From IMG/VR virus record IMGVR_UViG_3300027770_001980, positions 124,001-188,000 of that record: a DNA stretch of 64,000 nucleotides. One strand, 5' to 3'. Numbering within the stretch: the first letter of the stretch is position 1; every line of letters begins with the position of its first letter. The notes under the pieces were generated by a model, which saw nothing but the letters and a program-made list of their open reading frames with translations, had not been told where the DNA came from and searched no databases. Both the position numbers and the translations under genes were made by a program. Below are positions 36,907 to 46,558 of the stretch, one piece after another.

Positions 36907-39900
36907 ATGGCGACAGCAATAGCAATTACAGAAGATTTTGTAACCAAGAGTGGTTTGATTGTACAAGGCACCGGTACGGTTACAAGTTCTACAGGGCAAA
37001 CCACAGCTTTGCAGGTCAATGGTGGTGCTGCCATCGCCAAGAATTTAATTGTAGGAACTACCGCTAATATTAATGGAACATTATCAGTTGGAACAACTGC
37101 CACTATTGGTGTTGACGCAATCGTTAATAGAAATTTAATAGTATCAGGAAACTCGAGATTAGTTACAGTTACTGCAACCGGCGTTGTATCTATTACTAAC
37201 GCAACTGCGGCTACAACAGCCAGTATCGGTGCATTGATAATTACAGGTGGCATTTATGCTGGGAAAAATGTTGTAATAGCAAGCACAACATCAAATACCG
37301 GAACAACCATTAATAATGCATTATATGTAGCCGGCGGCATTGGTATTGGTAAATCATTGGTAGTTGATGGAGAAACATTATTTAAAGGTGATGTTACCTT
37401 TGTTGGATCATCGACTTTTCTTTACAGTGTAAATTCTCTATACACAGATAACATTATTGAATTACATGTACCACCGGCTCCTCAAACAACTTGGTCAGTC
37501 GACGATGGTAGGGATATAGGATTACGATTCCACTATTATAATGGTGCAGATCAAAATGCCGGATTGGTGTTAGCGCATGATACAAAATACTTAGAATGGT
37601 ATGACACCGGAACAGAGGACGGCTCTGGTGATTTTGTAAGTGGTACATACGGAACCTTTAAAACAGGTGTTATACAATTAGTAAGCGGTACAGCCAGCTC
37701 AAATACCTACAGTGGAGATTTGATAGTTGCTGGTGGTGTTGGTGTTGCTGGTGATATCTATGTTGGTAATTCTGTTAATTCTCCATTATTTGTTGGTAAT
37801 CTCACTGGAGTAGTTACTACTGCTACTAATCTCGAAGGTGGGTCAGCAGGAGCATTACCTTATCAAACCTCAGACGGTGCTACTACATTCCTTTCAATTA
37901 GTTCCGATGGATATGTTCTAACAATCGATAGTGGATTGCCTACATGGGCTCCTATACAAACAGTTGTAGTTGATTATGCTAATACCGCTACTAATTTAAA
38001 ATACGGTGATGATATGGAAATTCCATATCAGTTAAGTCCGGGAGTGACCGAATTTAATTTCAATTTAAGATACGATCATGTCAACAGTACGTTACGAACA
38101 GTTAATGCGGTATTTACTGGAACCGACGACTCATCAAGTGTTGGTAGTGGAGCATTACAAGTTGTAGGTGGTGTTGGAATTGGTGGTAACATCTACGTTG
38201 GTAGTAATGCTTCAATAGTTGGAAATTTAGAAATAGATGGTGGTGATATCACTACACTAAACACCACTATCAATTTAATAAACACTACCGCAACTACTGT
38301 CAATTTTGCCGGAGAAGCTACTGCTATTATTGTTGGATCAACTGATGGTTCTACAACTATAAGAAATTTAACAACTATCTCAAATACTGCATCCGCTGTA
38401 AGTACTGTGACCGGAGCATTGCAGGTAGTAGGTGGAGTTGGAATACAAGGTGCTATTTATATTGGTGGCACATCTACTTTCTTAAGCGATTTACTTCCTG
38501 AAAATTCGCGTGTAAATCTTGGGTCGCTGGCATCACCTTTCAAAGATTTATATCTAAGTGGTAATAGTTTATATGTTGGAAGCATTACAGTTTCTTCTAA
38601 CGGATCGGCCATGGTGGTTTCAAGTTCTGCAGGACCTGCAAATTTACAAGCACCATTTATTGCTGCTACAACTACCACTAATGCAGAAAGCACAAATACT
38701 GGTGCATTACAGGCAGTCGGTGGTGCTGGTATAGGTCGAGATTTATGGGTAGGTGGCAATGAAACATTATTAGGTGATTTAGAAATACGTGGTGGCAATC
38801 TTACTACAGATCAAACTACATTTAATTTATTAAACACTAACGCTACCACAGTTAATTTTGCTGGCGCAGGAACCGTTATTAATATCGGCTCCACCAGTAC
38901 TGGCTACACAAACATTAATAATAGAACCACTGTAACTAATACCGCAGTGGCATCAAGTACTGTTACTGGTGCCCTTGTTGTAGCCGGCGGCGTTGGCATC
39001 GGAAAATCTTTATGGGTAGGTGGCAATGAAACTCTATTAGGTGATTTAGAAATACGTGGCGGCGATCTTACTACAGATCAAACTACATTTAACCTAATTA
39101 ATGCAGTTTCAACCACGGTTAATTTTGCTGGTGCAGGAACTGCTATTACTATTGGTTCAACTAATGGAACCACTATAATACGTAATAGAACAACTGTAAG
39201 TAATAGATCAGCTGCATCAAGTACTGTTACTGGAGCTCTGGTAGTTGGCGGCGGAGTCGGTATTGGTGGCGCATTATATGTCGGAGCAGCAAGCTATATA
39301 GATAGTTCAATAATAATAACCGAAGCAACTTTAGGACTATACGGAGTAAGCTCACTAACCGCAGGAACAGATACTCAAGTTAGTACCTCAACTGGTCCGG
39401 TAGTTATATGGAATAACAGTACATTACAGACTATAACAGATAGAGATAATTCAACTACAAATATTATATCAATTACCAATACTACAGATTCAACCGGAAC
39501 ATCAAACGGAGCACTAACTGTATCTGGTGGAGTTGGTATTTCTAAAACATTATATGTTAATACGGTTACTGTTGTAAGTCGTACTGCATCAATTTCCACT
39601 AACACAGGAGCATTAGTAGTTGCAGGTGGTGTTGGGATTGCTGGAAATATATACCTTGGCGGAATAATGTATGGAATTGCAAATACCGCCACCAATGTAG
39701 CCGGCGGTGCCGCTGGAAAAATTCCTTTCCAAATTAGTACCGGTACTACAGGATTTTTTGGGCCAGGGACAAATGGTCAAATATTAATTAGTAAAGGAAC
39801 AACTTCATCTGGTCATTTATTTGTTGATACATCTACATTTTTAATAGGATATTCTGTCAATGTAGCAGGTGGAACATCTGGGTCATTACTGTATCAATCA

Positions 39901-42126
39901 TCCGCTAACACTACGAATTTTATTGGTATAGGTGCAGATGATACATTCTTAAGAAGTGATGGTTCGACTGCTACTTTTGTAACTACAAGCTCAATGTTTG
40001 TTGGCCGCGCATCATTAACAAATAATGTAGCAGGCGGTGTTAGTGGATCACTGCTATATCAAAGCAATCCAGACACTACAACATCGTTGCCTATAGGAAC
40101 AAACGGACAAATTTTACAATCCGACGGATCAAATCCTGCTTGGGTTGACTTTCCGGGCGGTGTGGTTATACCAAATGCTGCTAATGTTGGTATCAATAAC
40201 GATACAAGCAATGCAGATACAAACTATATTACATTTGTAAATACCTCAACTGGGCAAACTGGAATTAGAGTATCCAGTCCTTCTGGTATTACATATGTTC
40301 CAAGTACAGGAAATATGGGTATAGGTGTAAGCACCGCAACAACTAAATTAGAAGTCGGTGGCGGCGTAAGAATTTCCGGTGCTACTACAATAACTAATAC
40401 CACGGTAGCATCGAGTACTACCACTGGTGCTTTACAGGTAGCAGGTGGAGTTGGTATTGGTGGTACGGCATATATTGGTGGAAATATCAATGTAGTAGGT
40501 ACTGGAACATTTTCTGGCGATATTGTGATAAATGGTGGTGATATCACTACAAATCAACCCACATTTAACCTAATTAATGCAGTTTCAACCTCGGTTAATT
40601 TCGCGGGAGCAGGAACCGCTATCAGTATAGGGTCTTCGTCAGGCATCACAACAATAAAGAATAATTTAACAGTTGTTGGAAATATAACTGTTCAAGGTAA
40701 AACTACTATTGTTGATAGTACAGTTACTAATTTTGCTGATCCTGTAATAACATTAGGTGGTTTAGCAAACGATGATCCTCTTACTACCAATGATAATTTT
40801 GATAAGGGAATCGCATACAAATACTATTCCGGTAGTGCTAAATTAGGATTTTTTGGATATACACAGGGTTCTGGATTTTTAACATTTATTCCTGATGCTA
40901 CAATCGTTAATAATGTAGTAACCTCGGGTGCTAAAGGTGCTATAGATATAAATCTTGCAGGTGGAACATTACAATCAATTCCATATCAAAGTAATTTCAA
41001 TGTTACCTCCTTCTTGGCAGCCGGTAATGCTGGAGAATTATTACAAACCAATGGAACGGGTTCTGCTCCAAGTTGGGTACCGACAGCTGGATTGACAGCA
41101 GGTAATGCATCTACCTCTACACATTTATCAGGCGGTAATGCTGCACAAATACCATTCCAAACATCTATAGGAAGAACAAGTTTCATTAGTACAGGTACAG
41201 CAGGACAAATACTGGTCAGTGCCGGAACTACATCAACTGGTCCAGTGTTTACAAATACATCCAGCATTAGGGTAGGTTTTGCCACCGTTGCTAACAATAT
41301 AGTATCGGGTAGTTCAGGACAGGTGTTATTCCAATCAACAGGAAGTACCACTGGATTTGCAGGACCTGGATCAATTGGCAACTTATTGGTCAGCAATGGT
41401 CCTACCTCGGGCGGTCCTACTTTCCAAAGTACTTCAACAATATTAGTAGGATATGCTGTAAATGTACAAGGTGGAACGTCGGGTCAATTAGTATTTCAAT
41501 CAACAGGAAGTACTACATCATTTGCTGGTCCAGGTACAGCAGGACAAATATTAATCAGTGCTGGAACCACATCAACTGGTCCTGTGTTTACCAATACCGC
41601 AACATTCTTAGTAGGCTATTCCGTAAATGCATTTAACCTAACAGGTGGTTCAACTGGATCGGTTGTATATCAAAGTGCAACCGGAACCACTGCAATGTTA
41701 GCACCGGGTGCTGCTGGAAATATATTGCAAACTAATGGCCCTGGCTTGGCACCATCCTGGCTATCTGTAAGTGGACTAACAGCAGGTAATGCTACTACTT
41801 CCACTAATTTAGCTGGCGGTACAGCAGGACAAATTCCATATCAACAATCTCCTGGAATAACCAGTTTTATTAGTACCAGTACCGCAGGTAATATATTAGT
41901 CAGTAATGGAACAGGTGCTCCGACATATAACAATACATTAACATTAGCAGGCACCACTGCTGCAACTAATACCACAACGGGTGCATTACAAGTTAAGGGT
42001 GGTGTTGGTATTGGTGGTAGTGTTTATGTTGGTAACAGAGTTGGATTTGTTAATGCCAGTAATGTTAGCACAGTCTATCAATATTACAATGCTACAACTA
42101 ATAGTTTAGATACGGTGTTTGGATAA
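36907..42126 (+). CDS. Long tail fibre protein (1739 aa)
   Basis: Many STxTGALxVxGGVGIGG and NLAGGxxGxxxYQ repeats; T/S/G-rich. Confidence 0.75.
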   Translation: MATAIAITEDFVTKSGLIVQGTGTVTSSTGQTTALQVNGGAAIAKNLIVGTTANINGTLSVGTTATIGVDAIVNRNLIVSGNSRLVTVTATGVVSITNATAATTASIGALIITGGIYAGKNVVIASTTSNTGTTINNALYVAGGIGIGKSLVVDGETLFKGDVTFVGSSTFLYSVNSLYTDNIIELHVPPAPQTTWSVDDGRDIGLRFHYYNGADQNAGLVLAHDTKYLEWYDTGTEDGSGDFVSGTYGTFKTGVIQLVSGTASSNTYSGDLIVAGGVGVAGDIYVGNSVNSPLFVGNLTGVVTTATNLEGGSAGALPYQTSDGATTFLSISSDGYVLTIDSGLPTWAPIQTVVVDYANTATNLKYGDDMEIPYQLSPGVTEFNFNLRYDHVNSTLRTVNAVFTGTDDSSSVGSGALQVVGGVGIGGNIYVGSNASIVGNLEIDGGDITTLNTTINLINTTATTVNFAGEATAIIVGSTDGSTTIRNLTTISNTASAVSTVTGALQVVGGVGIQGAIYIGGTSTFLSDLLPENSRVNLGSLASPFKDLYLSGNSLYVGSITVSSNGSAMVVSSSAGPANLQAPFIAATTTTNAESTNTGALQAVGGAGIGRDLWVGGNETLLGDLEIRGGNLTTDQTTFNLLNTNATTVNFAGAGTVINIGSTSTGYTNINNRTTVTNTAVASSTVTGALVVAGGVGIGKSLWVGGNETLLGDLEIRGGDLTTDQTTFNLINAVSTTVNFAGAGTAITIGSTNGTTIIRNRTTVSNRSAASSTVTGALVVGGGVGIGGALYVGAASYIDSSIIITEATLGLYGVSSLTAGTDTQVSTSTGPVVIWNNSTLQTITDRDNSTTNIISITNTTDSTGTSNGALTVSGGVGISKTLYVNTVTVVSRTASISTNTGALVVAGGVGIAGNIYLGGIMYGIANTATNVAGGAAGKIPFQISTGTTGFFGPGTNGQILISKGTTSSGHLFVDTSTFLIGYSVNVAGGTSGSLLYQSSANTTNFIGIGADDTFLRSDGSTATFVTTSSMFVGRASLTNNVAGGVSGSLLYQSNPDTTTSLPIGTNGQILQSDGSNPAWVDFPGGVVIPNAANVGINNDTSNADTNYITFVNTSTGQTGIRVSSPSGITYVPSTGNMGIGVSTATTKLEVGGGVRISGATTITNTTVASSTTTGALQVAGGVGIGGTAYIGGNINVVGTGTFSGDIVINGGDITTNQPTFNLINAVSTSVNFAGAGTAISIGSSSGITTIKNNLTVVGNITVQGKTTIVDSTVTNFADPVITLGGLANDDPLTTNDNFDKGIAYKYYSGSAKLGFFGYTQGSGFLTFIPDATIVNNVVTSGAKGAIDINLAGGTLQSIPYQSNFNVTSFLAAGNAGELLQTNGTGSAPSWVPTAGLTAGNASTSTHLSGGNAAQIPFQTSIGRTSFISTGTAGQILVSAGTTSTGPVFTNTSSIRVGFATVANNIVSGSSGQVLFQSTGSTTGFAGPGSIGNLLVSNGPTSGGPTFQSTSTILVGYAVNVQGGTSGQLVFQSTGSTTSFAGPGTAGQILISAGTTSTGPVFTNTATFLVGYSVNAFNLTGGSTGSVVYQSATGTTAMLAPGAAGNILQTNGPGLAPSWLSVSGLTAGNATTSTNLAGGTAGQIPYQQSPGITSFISTSTAGNILVSNGTGAPTYNNTLTLAGTTAATNTTTGALQVKGGVGIGGSVYVGNRVGFVNASNVSTVYQYYNATTNSLDTVFG
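38742..39128 (+). repeat. Internal ~267-bp-period duplication in the 1739-aa fibre gene, with a partial third copy near 40561-40604
   Basis: TTTATGGGTAGGTGGCAATGAAAC...CTTACTACAGATCAAACTACATTTAA at 38742 and 39009. Confidence 0.85.
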
Positions 42127-42347
42127 TGCCTATAGTAGCATCACGTTTGACCTCAACAGGTACATTGTTTATCAGTGGAGAATTTAATGAAGTCACTACG
42201 TCGACTATACGTTTAACCACCACTACTTATTATGCCGCAGGGTTTGATGAGGTGTCAATTCGTGGTGGCAGTGTAGCAAAGCGTGAAACAACTACAGGTA
42301 CATTACTGGTATCTAATGGATTTGATGAAGTTAACAAACCCGTTTAA
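42126..42347 (+). CDS. Small fibre-associated protein with three F(N/D)EV motifs
   Basis: TAATG overlap with the upstream gene; intact 73-aa ORF. Confidence 0.55.
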   Translation: MPIVASRLTSTGTLFISGEFNEVTTSTIRLTTTTYYAAGFDEVSIRGGSVAKRETTTGTLLVSNGFDEVNKPV

Positions 42348-42368
42348 CATTTAGGTAAATATTATACT

Positions 42369-45300
42369 ATGGCACAATTACTATCAGGAACAAGAATATA
42401 CGGAACAGGAACTGTTGATTCTCAATTGTTTATTAACGGAAATACTGCTGCTACCAGTACAAATACTGGTGCTTTACAAGTTGTTGGTGGTGTTGGAGTT
42501 GGTGGTAATCTGTTTGTAGGCGGCACATTATATGCATCCGCAGTAACTGGAAATATTACTACCGCTACGAATTTAGCAGGCGGCAACGCCTCACAATTAG
42601 CATTCCAAACTGCCCTGGGTGTTACCAGTTTTGTCAGTTCGGGTACCGCAGGACAAATACTGGTCAGTGCTGGTAGTACATCAACTGGCCCGGTATTCAC
42701 CAATACATCAACCATTAGGGTAGGATTTGCTACCAATGCTATAAATGCTTCAACACTATTAAGTGGAACTGCACAATCAATTGTATATCAATCAAGTACA
42801 GGAACAACCGCTTTCTTATCTGCAAGTACATCCGGTTATCTGTTATCAACACAAGGTACCGGTGCTGCACCTGCATGGATTTCTCAAGCAAGTCTAACAG
42901 CAGGTGGTGTTGATACGGTAAAAACTATAGAAAATGCAACGAATTCTATTTTTTATCCAACTTTTGTAAATTCTAATAATGTGTCTGCAACTGGCGAGTC
43001 TTTATATACCACCAGCAGTTTTAGTATCAACCCATATACTGGCTATGTAACAATTGGTACAAGTTCTACTATTAGCGGTTCTGTCTCTGCTCCGTTAACT
43101 GTATATAAAGATGGTTCACAAGAATCAAACACTCCTGTTGGAACATATAATGTTGCTCAATTTGGTAATTCGGCCGGTTCTCGAGGCGTTGGAATAAACT
43201 ATGACCCAACTAATGTAACCGGTGGATTGTATAGTTTTGGAATTAATTCTAATTTAATTTTTTATACCCCAACTGGTTCAACATACAAAGAACGTATGCG
43301 CATTTCTACCGGCACCGTTGGAATCGGAACGGTTGGATTAGTTACAACTGCTCCATTGCATGTTGCAGCACCACTTTCAACTGGAACTATTGTTACAGTT
43401 GGAATGTTTACACAAAACATTGATACAGCACTAACTACTGGTTCAGGAGTAAGGCTTGTTCTCGCAGCCGGTAACAGCCAGTCAAGGGCTGCAATTATCG
43501 AAGCCGCTGTTGAAAGTGGCCTTAACGCACACTACCTTGCATTCTCTACTAATGCCAGCGGTGCGAGTCCAACTGAGAAGATGCGTATCACCTCCGCCGG
43601 TGGGATTGCATTTGGTGGAGCAACTAACTATGGTGCTACTGGAAATGTATTAGTTAGCCAGGGCGATGCTGCTCCACAATGGACTGCTATAGGAGCAATT
43701 GCTGCCGGTCAAGCAACCACTGCAACCAACTTAGCAGGCGGCAGTGCTGCACAGATAGCATTCCAAACAGCTATAGGAAAAACCAGTTTTGCAGGTCCTG
43801 GCACAGCAGGACAAATACTGGTCAGTGCTGGTAGTACATCAACTGGCCCGGTATTCACCAATACATCAACCATTAGGGTAGGATTTGCTACCAATGCTAC
43901 AACATTAGAAAATGGAACTGCCCAATCAATTGTATATCAATCAAGTACAGGAACAACCGCTTTCTTATCTGCAAGTACATCCGGTTATCTGTTATCAACA
44001 CAAGGTACCGGTGCTGCACCTACGTGGATTTCTCAAGCAAGCATAACAGCAGGTGGTGTTGATACGATAAAGACAGTGGGTCAAGCAAGCATTGCTGATT
44101 ATTATCCAACTTTTGTAAATTCTAATAATGTGTCTGCAACTGGCGAGTCTTTATATACCACCAGCAGTTTTATTATCAACCCTGCGACAAAGGAAATATC
44201 TGTTAATGGAACAGGTAGATTTACTAGTCCAGCAAACGGAACAACAGGTGCGGTTGTATTACGAGCAAATACTACAAATACAGCAACAACTTATCTACAG
44301 TGGTCCAATAATGCGAGTACTATTCAATATGGTGCCATAGGTGTTACAAGTGCGACTGATATAGTATTTTTAAACAGTAGTGTTGAGCGTATGCGTATCA
44401 CCTCCACTGGTGCTATTGCATTCAGTGGAGCAACTAACTATGGATCAAGTGGAAATGTATTAGTTAGCCAGGGCGATGCTGCTCCACAATGGACTGCTAT
44501 AGGAGCAATTGCTGCCGGTCAAGCAACCACTGCTACTAATTTAGCAGGCGGTACAGCAGGACAACTACCTTATCAAAATGCCCCAGGTGATACCAGTTTT
44601 GCAGGTCCTGGCACAGCAGGACAAATACTGGTCAGTGCTGGTAGTACATCAACTGGCCCGGTATTCACCAATACATCAACCATTAGGGTAGGATTTGCTA
44701 CCAATGCTACAACATTATCAAGTGGAACTGCACAATCAATCGTATATCAATCAAGTGTAGGAACAACTGCTTTCTTAGCAGCCGGTACTTCAGGACAAGT
44801 ATTACAAACAAATGGAACTGGCTCTGCACCTACATGGGTATCAACTGGATCATTGACTGCCGGTCAAGCAACCACTGCTACTAATTTAGCAGGTGGTACA
44901 GCAGGACAATTAGCATTCCAAAATGCCCCAGGTGATACCGGTTTTGCAGGCCCTGGCACAGCAGGACAAATACTGGTCAGTGCTGGTAGTACATCAACTG
45001 GCCCGGTATTCACCAATACATCAACCATTAGGGTAGGATTTGCAGATAATGCTTCAACATTATTAAGTGGAACTGTACAATCAATCGTATATCAATCAAG
45101 TACAGGAACAACCGCTTTCTTATCTGCAAGTACATCCGGTTATCTGTTATCAACACAAGGTACCGGTGCTGCACCTGCATGGATTTCTCAAGCAAGTCTA
45201 ACAGCAGGTGGTGTTGATACGGTAAAGACCGTGGGTCAAGTAACCAGTTCTACTTTTTATCCAGTATTCGTTAATTCCAATAATTCATCTGCAACTGGTG

Positions 45301-46547
45301 AGTATTTGTATACCACCAGTAGTTTTAGTATTAATCCTTATTCCGGACATGTTGGTATTAGTAAAACAAACCCATCTGCTCCATTAGAAATAGGTGATGA
45401 AAATCAATTCAGTGGTGATCCGTGGATCCGTATTAGATCAACTGCCAGTAACATTCGTTCCGCTTTCATACAACTCACAGGTAGACAGCTTGGAGTTGAC
45501 GAAACCTGGAGTATGATAGCAGCAGGGTCTGGCCTTGGAAATGCTGGATTACGTTTTACACGAGGTGATTGGGTTACTGGAACAGTAGCAATGGTGATTG
45601 ATTCCAGCGGCAACGTGGGAATTGGAACCGGTCCAACACAGACAATCGCATCAACATATGGTTCCGATTTAGTTGTACATAGGGGTGCGACACGCGGAGG
45701 CGGCGGTGCTGATACCAGAATAGCAATATCAAACACCAGTACAACTGGTGCAAGCAATCTACGGTTTTATACCAGTGCTACTTCGTATCTAACCGCAGAA
45801 ATTGCGGTAGGTGGTCCAGGATATACATCATGGGCCGGGGCACTTAGTTTGAACTTTCTTGCTGTTCAAGGCGGTCCAATAGCATTTCATAAAGGTGGCA
45901 ACACCCCGGGTTCTTCTGGTAGCGCAACTGAACTGATGCGTATCACCCCCAATGGTGCTATTGCATTCAGTGGAGCAACTAACTATGGATCAAGTGGAAA
46001 TGTATTAGTTAGCCAGGGCGATGCTGCTCCACAATGGACTGCTATAGGAGCAATTGCTGCCGGTCAAGCAACCACTGCAACCAATTTAGCAGGTGGTACG
46101 GCCAACGCGATCCCTTATCAATCAAGTGCAGGAACAACCGCTTTCTTGGCAGCAACTACATCCGGTTATGTGTTAGCAACACAAGGTACTGGATCTGCAC
46201 CTACATGGGTTTCTCAAGCAAGTATAACATCAAGTGTTGGAGATTCATTAAAAACAGTTTCAACAGCTACCTCGGCAAAGTTTTATCCAACATTTGTAAA
46301 TAGTAACAACGCAAGTCCAACTGCCGAGCAGTTATACACTACTTCTTCTATCAGTGTAAATCCCGGTACAGGTGATGTATCTGCACCACAATTCATAGCA
46401 AACAATGCTATGATACTCAATACATCAACCGTGATGAACAGTTATACTATACCCACTGGATATAATGCTATGAGTGTTGGACCTATTAGTGTTTCAAACG
46501 GTGTTACCGTAACAATCAGTAGCGGACAACGATGGGTTATTCTTTAA
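42369..46547 (+). CDS. Modular tail fibre protein (1392 aa)
   Basis: TAAATA-N7-ATG; MRIT and NLAGG repeats; C-terminal adaptor-type motif YTIPTGYNAMSVGPISVSNGVTVTISSGQRWVIL. Confidence 0.75.
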   Translation: MAQLLSGTRIYGTGTVDSQLFINGNTAATSTNTGALQVVGGVGVGGNLFVGGTLYASAVTGNITTATNLAGGNASQLAFQTALGVTSFVSSGTAGQILVSAGSTSTGPVFTNTSTIRVGFATNAINASTLLSGTAQSIVYQSSTGTTAFLSASTSGYLLSTQGTGAAPAWISQASLTAGGVDTVKTIENATNSIFYPTFVNSNNVSATGESLYTTSSFSINPYTGYVTIGTSSTISGSVSAPLTVYKDGSQESNTPVGTYNVAQFGNSAGSRGVGINYDPTNVTGGLYSFGINSNLIFYTPTGSTYKERMRISTGTVGIGTVGLVTTAPLHVAAPLSTGTIVTVGMFTQNIDTALTTGSGVRLVLAAGNSQSRAAIIEAAVESGLNAHYLAFSTNASGASPTEKMRITSAGGIAFGGATNYGATGNVLVSQGDAAPQWTAIGAIAAGQATTATNLAGGSAAQIAFQTAIGKTSFAGPGTAGQILVSAGSTSTGPVFTNTSTIRVGFATNATTLENGTAQSIVYQSSTGTTAFLSASTSGYLLSTQGTGAAPTWISQASITAGGVDTIKTVGQASIADYYPTFVNSNNVSATGESLYTTSSFIINPATKEISVNGTGRFTSPANGTTGAVVLRANTTNTATTYLQWSNNASTIQYGAIGVTSATDIVFLNSSVERMRITSTGAIAFSGATNYGSSGNVLVSQGDAAPQWTAIGAIAAGQATTATNLAGGTAGQLPYQNAPGDTSFAGPGTAGQILVSAGSTSTGPVFTNTSTIRVGFATNATTLSSGTAQSIVYQSSVGTTAFLAAGTSGQVLQTNGTGSAPTWVSTGSLTAGQATTATNLAGGTAGQLAFQNAPGDTGFAGPGTAGQILVSAGSTSTGPVFTNTSTIRVGFADNASTLLSGTVQSIVYQSSTGTTAFLSASTSGYLLSTQGTGAAPAWISQASLTAGGVDTVKTVGQVTSSTFYPVFVNSNNSSATGEYLYTTSSFSINPYSGHVGISKTNPSAPLEIGDENQFSGDPWIRIRSTASNIRSAFIQLTGRQLGVDETWSMIAAGSGLGNAGLRFTRGDWVTGTVAMVIDSSGNVGIGTGPTQTIASTYGSDLVVHRGATRGGGGADTRIAISNTSTTGASNLRFYTSATSYLTAEIAVGGPGYTSWAGALSLNFLAVQGGPIAFHKGGNTPGSSGSATELMRITPNGAIAFSGATNYGSSGNVLVSQGDAAPQWTAIGAIAAGQATTATNLAGGTANAIPYQSSAGTTAFLAATTSGYVLATQGTGSAPTWVSQASITSSVGDSLKTVSTATSAKFYPTFVNSNNASPTAEQLYTTSSISVNPGTGDVSAPQFIANNAMILNTSTVMNSYTIPTGYNAMSVGPISVSNGVTVTISSGQRWVIL
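42648..46096 (+). repeat. Three families of near-identical DNA repeats: A ~90 bp x4 (42648, 43806, 44616, 44961); B ~155 bp x3 (~42764, ~43914, ~45068); C ~160 bp x3 (~43581, ~44390, ~45936)
   Basis: Read directly, e.g. GCAGGACAAATACTGGTCAGTGCTGGTAGTACATCAACTGGCCCGGTATTCACCAATACATCAACCATTAGGGTAGGATTTGC is identical in all four A copies. Confidence 0.92.
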
Positions 46548-46558
46548 TATAGTCAATT

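Noticed and set aside
42648-46096. Diversity-generating retroelement or invertible shufflon
   Set aside because: No reverse transcriptase or invertase in the window; repeats are direct, intragenic and differ at non-adenine-specific positions.
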